A stretch of 63,320 nt of DNA, filler included, from Thraustochytrium aureum (lineage: Eukaryota), in NCBI GenBank assembly GCA_012862495.1. It is 6 parts of 5 records of this genome, joined end to end, with 100 filler letters (N's around TTAATTAATTAA, not from the genome) between each part and the next. Parts side by side here need not be neighbours in the genome. Positions count along the whole stretch, not along the records: positions 59,978 to 63,320 come from BLSG01000438.1; 5 more parts are not named here. The stretch is one strand, 5' to 3'. The position numbers and the translations under genes are program-made. The notes under the pieces are model-generated. The model searched no databases. It had not been told where the DNA came from and worked only from the letters and a program-made list of their open reading frames with translations. Numbering within the stretch: the stretch's first letter is position 1; every line of letters begins with the position of its first letter. Shown piece after piece: positions 60,397 through 63,320 of the stretch.

Positions 60397-60450
60397 TGAT
60401 ACTGGCAAAGGCGCGCTTGGACTCGCTTCGACAGGCGGAGGGCAGCCAGG

Positions 60451-62937
60451 ATGGGGTTTCTGGAGGTCGGAAGCCCCATGGACTGGCAGGATACCGACGA
60501 GTATCACCGCGTGCTCGAGTACGTGCTCGAGCACGGGGTCAACCAGTTCCTGCAGGTCTACGCCAAGGTGAAGGACAGGAAGAACGACGTGCTGCTGTGG
60601 GGCGACGAACTGGAGTTTCACGTGTTTCGCACCATGGAGGACGGCTCCGTAAAACTGAGCCTAAACGCGCACGAGCTGCTGGCCAAGCTGCAGGCCGAGG
60701 ACGACGAGATGGCCCGAAAGGGCGAGGAGGTTAAGGCCACGTGGCACCCAGAGTACGGCGCGTGGATGATCGAGGCTACGCCGTACGGCCCCTACGGCGG
60801 GTTCTCGCACGACCTGCGCAACGTCGAGCCCAGCCTGCGATACCGGCGCCGGCGCATCGTGGACGCCTTGGGCCCGAACGAGGGCCTGAGCTCGCTGGTG
60901 GCCTGGCCGCTGATGGGCGTCGGGGATTTTTGCGTTCCCGCCGGCCTCAAGACCCACGGACACGCCGCGGACTCGCTGTTCTTGCCAGACGAGGTGATCA
61001 ACCCGCACCCGCGCTTCGCAACGCTGACGCGCAATATCCGGCGCCGGCGCGGCAAGAAGGTTGACATCCGGCTCCCGCTGTTCAAGGACAAAAAACACCG
61101 GGGGCGGAGGGCTCGGCCAGCGCGGCGCAGTTCACGGTCAAGTCGGCCGACAACTGCGGCCAGGAAGAGGTGGGCGAGATCTACATGGACGCCATGGGGT
61201 TCGGCATGGGCTGCTGCTGCCTGCAGGTGACCTTCCAGGCCCGAGACCTGGACGAGTCGCGAACGCTGTACGACCAGCTGGCCATGCTCTGCCCCATCTT
61301 CATGGCCCTGACCGCTGGCGCCCCGGTTTTCAAGGGCCTGCTCGCCGACACGGACGTGCGCTGGGCAGTGATTGCGCNNNNNNNNNNNNNNNNNNNNNNN
61401 NNNNNNNNNNNNNNNNNNNNNNNNNNNNNNNNNNNNNNNNNNNNNNNNNNNNNNNNNNNNNNNNNNNNNNNNNNNNNNNNNNNNNNNNNNNNNNNNNNNN
61501 NNNNNNNNNNNNNNNNNNNNNNNNNNNNNNNNNNNNNNNNNNNNNNNNNNNNNNNNNNNNNNNNNNNNNNNNNNNNNNNNNNNNNNNNNNNNNNNNNNNN
61601 NNNNNNNNNNNNNNNNNNNNNNNNNNNNNNNNNNNNNNNNNNNNNNGGGGTTGCGGACAAACCCATCACGATGCCCGGCGCCTCTGCGCCGCAGCGCGGG
61701 AGCCACCCCATCTCCAAGAGCAGGTACGACTCGATCGACAGTTTCATTAGCACCTCGGCCAAGCTGCGCCCCGAGTACAACGACGGTGCCATGGAGCTCA
61801 ACGAGGAGGCTTTGCGCCGCCTCTTGGAGGCTGGAATCGACGAGCGGCTCGCGCGACACATCGCCCACTTGTTCGTGCGCGATCCGCTGGTGATCTTCAG
61901 CGAGCGCGTCAACCAAGTTGATGACACCGAGTCCACCGAGCACTTTGAAAACATCCAGTCAACCAACTGGCAGACGATGCGCTGGAAGCCTCCCGGGCTG
62001 GACGTCAAGACTGGCTGGCGCGTCGAGTTTCGCTCAATGGAGAAGCAGCTCACAGACTTTGAGGACGCCGCTTTCATCACCATCGTGGTGCTCCTCACGC
62101 GCGTCATCCTCTTCTTCGACCTCAACCTCTATGTGCCCATCTCCAAGGTTGACGAGAACATGCGCCGCGCGCATTCCCGCAACGCGGTGCTCAAGCAGAC
62201 GTTTTTCTTCCGCAAGGCGCTCTTCGTGCTCCAGGCGCAGTGCGAGCCTGGCGAGGCTGCAGCAGCGGCTGCTGCTGCGGCGGCGGCGGCGGCGGCGGCT
62301 GCTGAAGTGCAAGCTGGCGACGCGGCCCAGCCGGGGCCGGTGGGAGGACGAGTACGAAGAGATGACGATTGCTGACATTCTCACCGGGCGCGGCGACGAC
62401 TTTCCCGGCCTCTTCCCGCTGATACACGCCTACTTGGACATTGTGCAGGCCGACAACGAGACCGTCGACACGGTCAACGAGTACATGGACTTTATTGTGG
62501 CGCGCGCCACCGGCGAGCTCCCCACGCCCGCGACCTGGATGCGCCAGTACATCGCCCAGCACCCGGACTACAAGCACGACTCGGTAGTCTCGACCAAGAT
62601 AGCCTCGGACCTCGTTCGCCACTGCGAGAAGATCTCGAATGGCGAGGTGCACGAGCCAGCCTTGCTGGGCGAGAACCGGGTCGCGCCGCTCCGCGACGAC
62701 TCTGGGCCTGGGCGCCACAAGGTGGCGCAGCCAATCGCCAAGAAGCGCTTGCGCGGCGCCTCGTTCCACGAGGAGATCGAGACAGACAGCCGCTTTCTGT
62801 ACCGGTGCAGCCTCGTGCGCTCGCTGGTGGCCAAGTACAAGAACATGCCGTCCAGCAAGCACAATCTCGTCAACAAGGGCTTTGAGAGCACGCCGGCCTA
62901 CCTCGAGCTCTCGGCCGCCAAGGTCGCCCTGAACTAG
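60451..62937 (+). CDS. GSH1: Glutamate--cysteine ligase catalytic subunit (eukaryotic type); gap and frameshifts near 61095 and 62290
   Basis: [89 protein letters not shown]. Confidence 0.97.
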
Positions 62938-63320
62938 CTAGTCCCAACACCGAGTTGCGCGCCGGGCTCGCCCTCCGCGCATAGCTACTCTAGGTCTACG
63001 TACTCCTTTGAACGCAACGCTTCTTTCGAGCACACCAACCAGCCAGCCACCGCTCAGCGGCGTGCCCTTGCCGGTGCCCCGCGACTCACTCGCCGGCCAA
63101 CACGATCGCCAGTCGACGAAGGCGCGCCCGGCCTTCGCGGCCTTCGCAGTCGTCGGGGACGGCACCTCCAACTTGCTCCAAGGCTCTCTCTGCCCACCAG
63201 GTTGACGCAGGCCAAGCCCTTCGCGGGTGGCTCGCACAGGCCCGCAACGCAACAGTTGCGAGGAGCACACTGTGCCCGTGCGCAGGGAGAGGCGGCCCGG
63301 GGGCGCCGTGAGCTGAGAGG

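Noticed and set aside
3918..62937. Frameshifts as pseudogenisation or programmed frameshifting
   Set aside because: They affect most genes, including essential ones (GSH1, AAR2, the nucleolin-like gene), often near homopolymers; low-coverage sequencing error is the simplest explanation.

Overview
Gappy, indel-rich draft assembly of a GC-rich, intron-poor protist. GT-AG introns, TAF11, AAR2 and the GCAA/CTGG microsatellites point to a eukaryote; a thraustochytrid-like stramenopile is my inference. Five artificial N-TTAATTAATTAA-N linkers join six unrelated scaffolds: A 1-13549, B 13650-25444, C 25545-32326, D 32427-49288, E 49389-59877, F 59978-63320. Housekeeping-type genes are a nucleolin-like RRM protein, an inositol 5-phosphatase-like protein, TAF11, AAR2, an MFS transporter, amidophosphoribosyltransferase and glutamate-cysteine ligase. 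Five things stand out. (1) Scaffold E carries a giant GREB1-like gene (circularly permuted SF2 helicase, TET/JBP-associated glycosyltransferase, Zn fingers) directly upstream of a co-oriented 2OG-Fe(II) dioxygenase, a candidate base-J-like DNA hydroxylation/glycosylation system. (2) Scaffold B is a lower-GC island with no evident introns, holding a GmrSD-type (DUF262 + HNH/DUF1524) nuclease head-to-head with a Cas4/Dna2-like Fe-S nuclease-helicase, a candidate prokaryote-like defence module in a eukaryote. (3) The window opens with the 3' half of a Fanzor1 followed by a structured omegaRNA-like sequence that abuts a host stop codon. (4) A PRXL2/SelU-like selenoprotein is split by the ORF caller at its UxxC motif and has a clear SECIS. 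(5) An LRR-FN3-multipass receptor is bracketed by 1.1-1.4 kb diverged inverted repeats showing one-directional GC->AT decay. All domain calls come from recognising motifs by eye; no database search was run.
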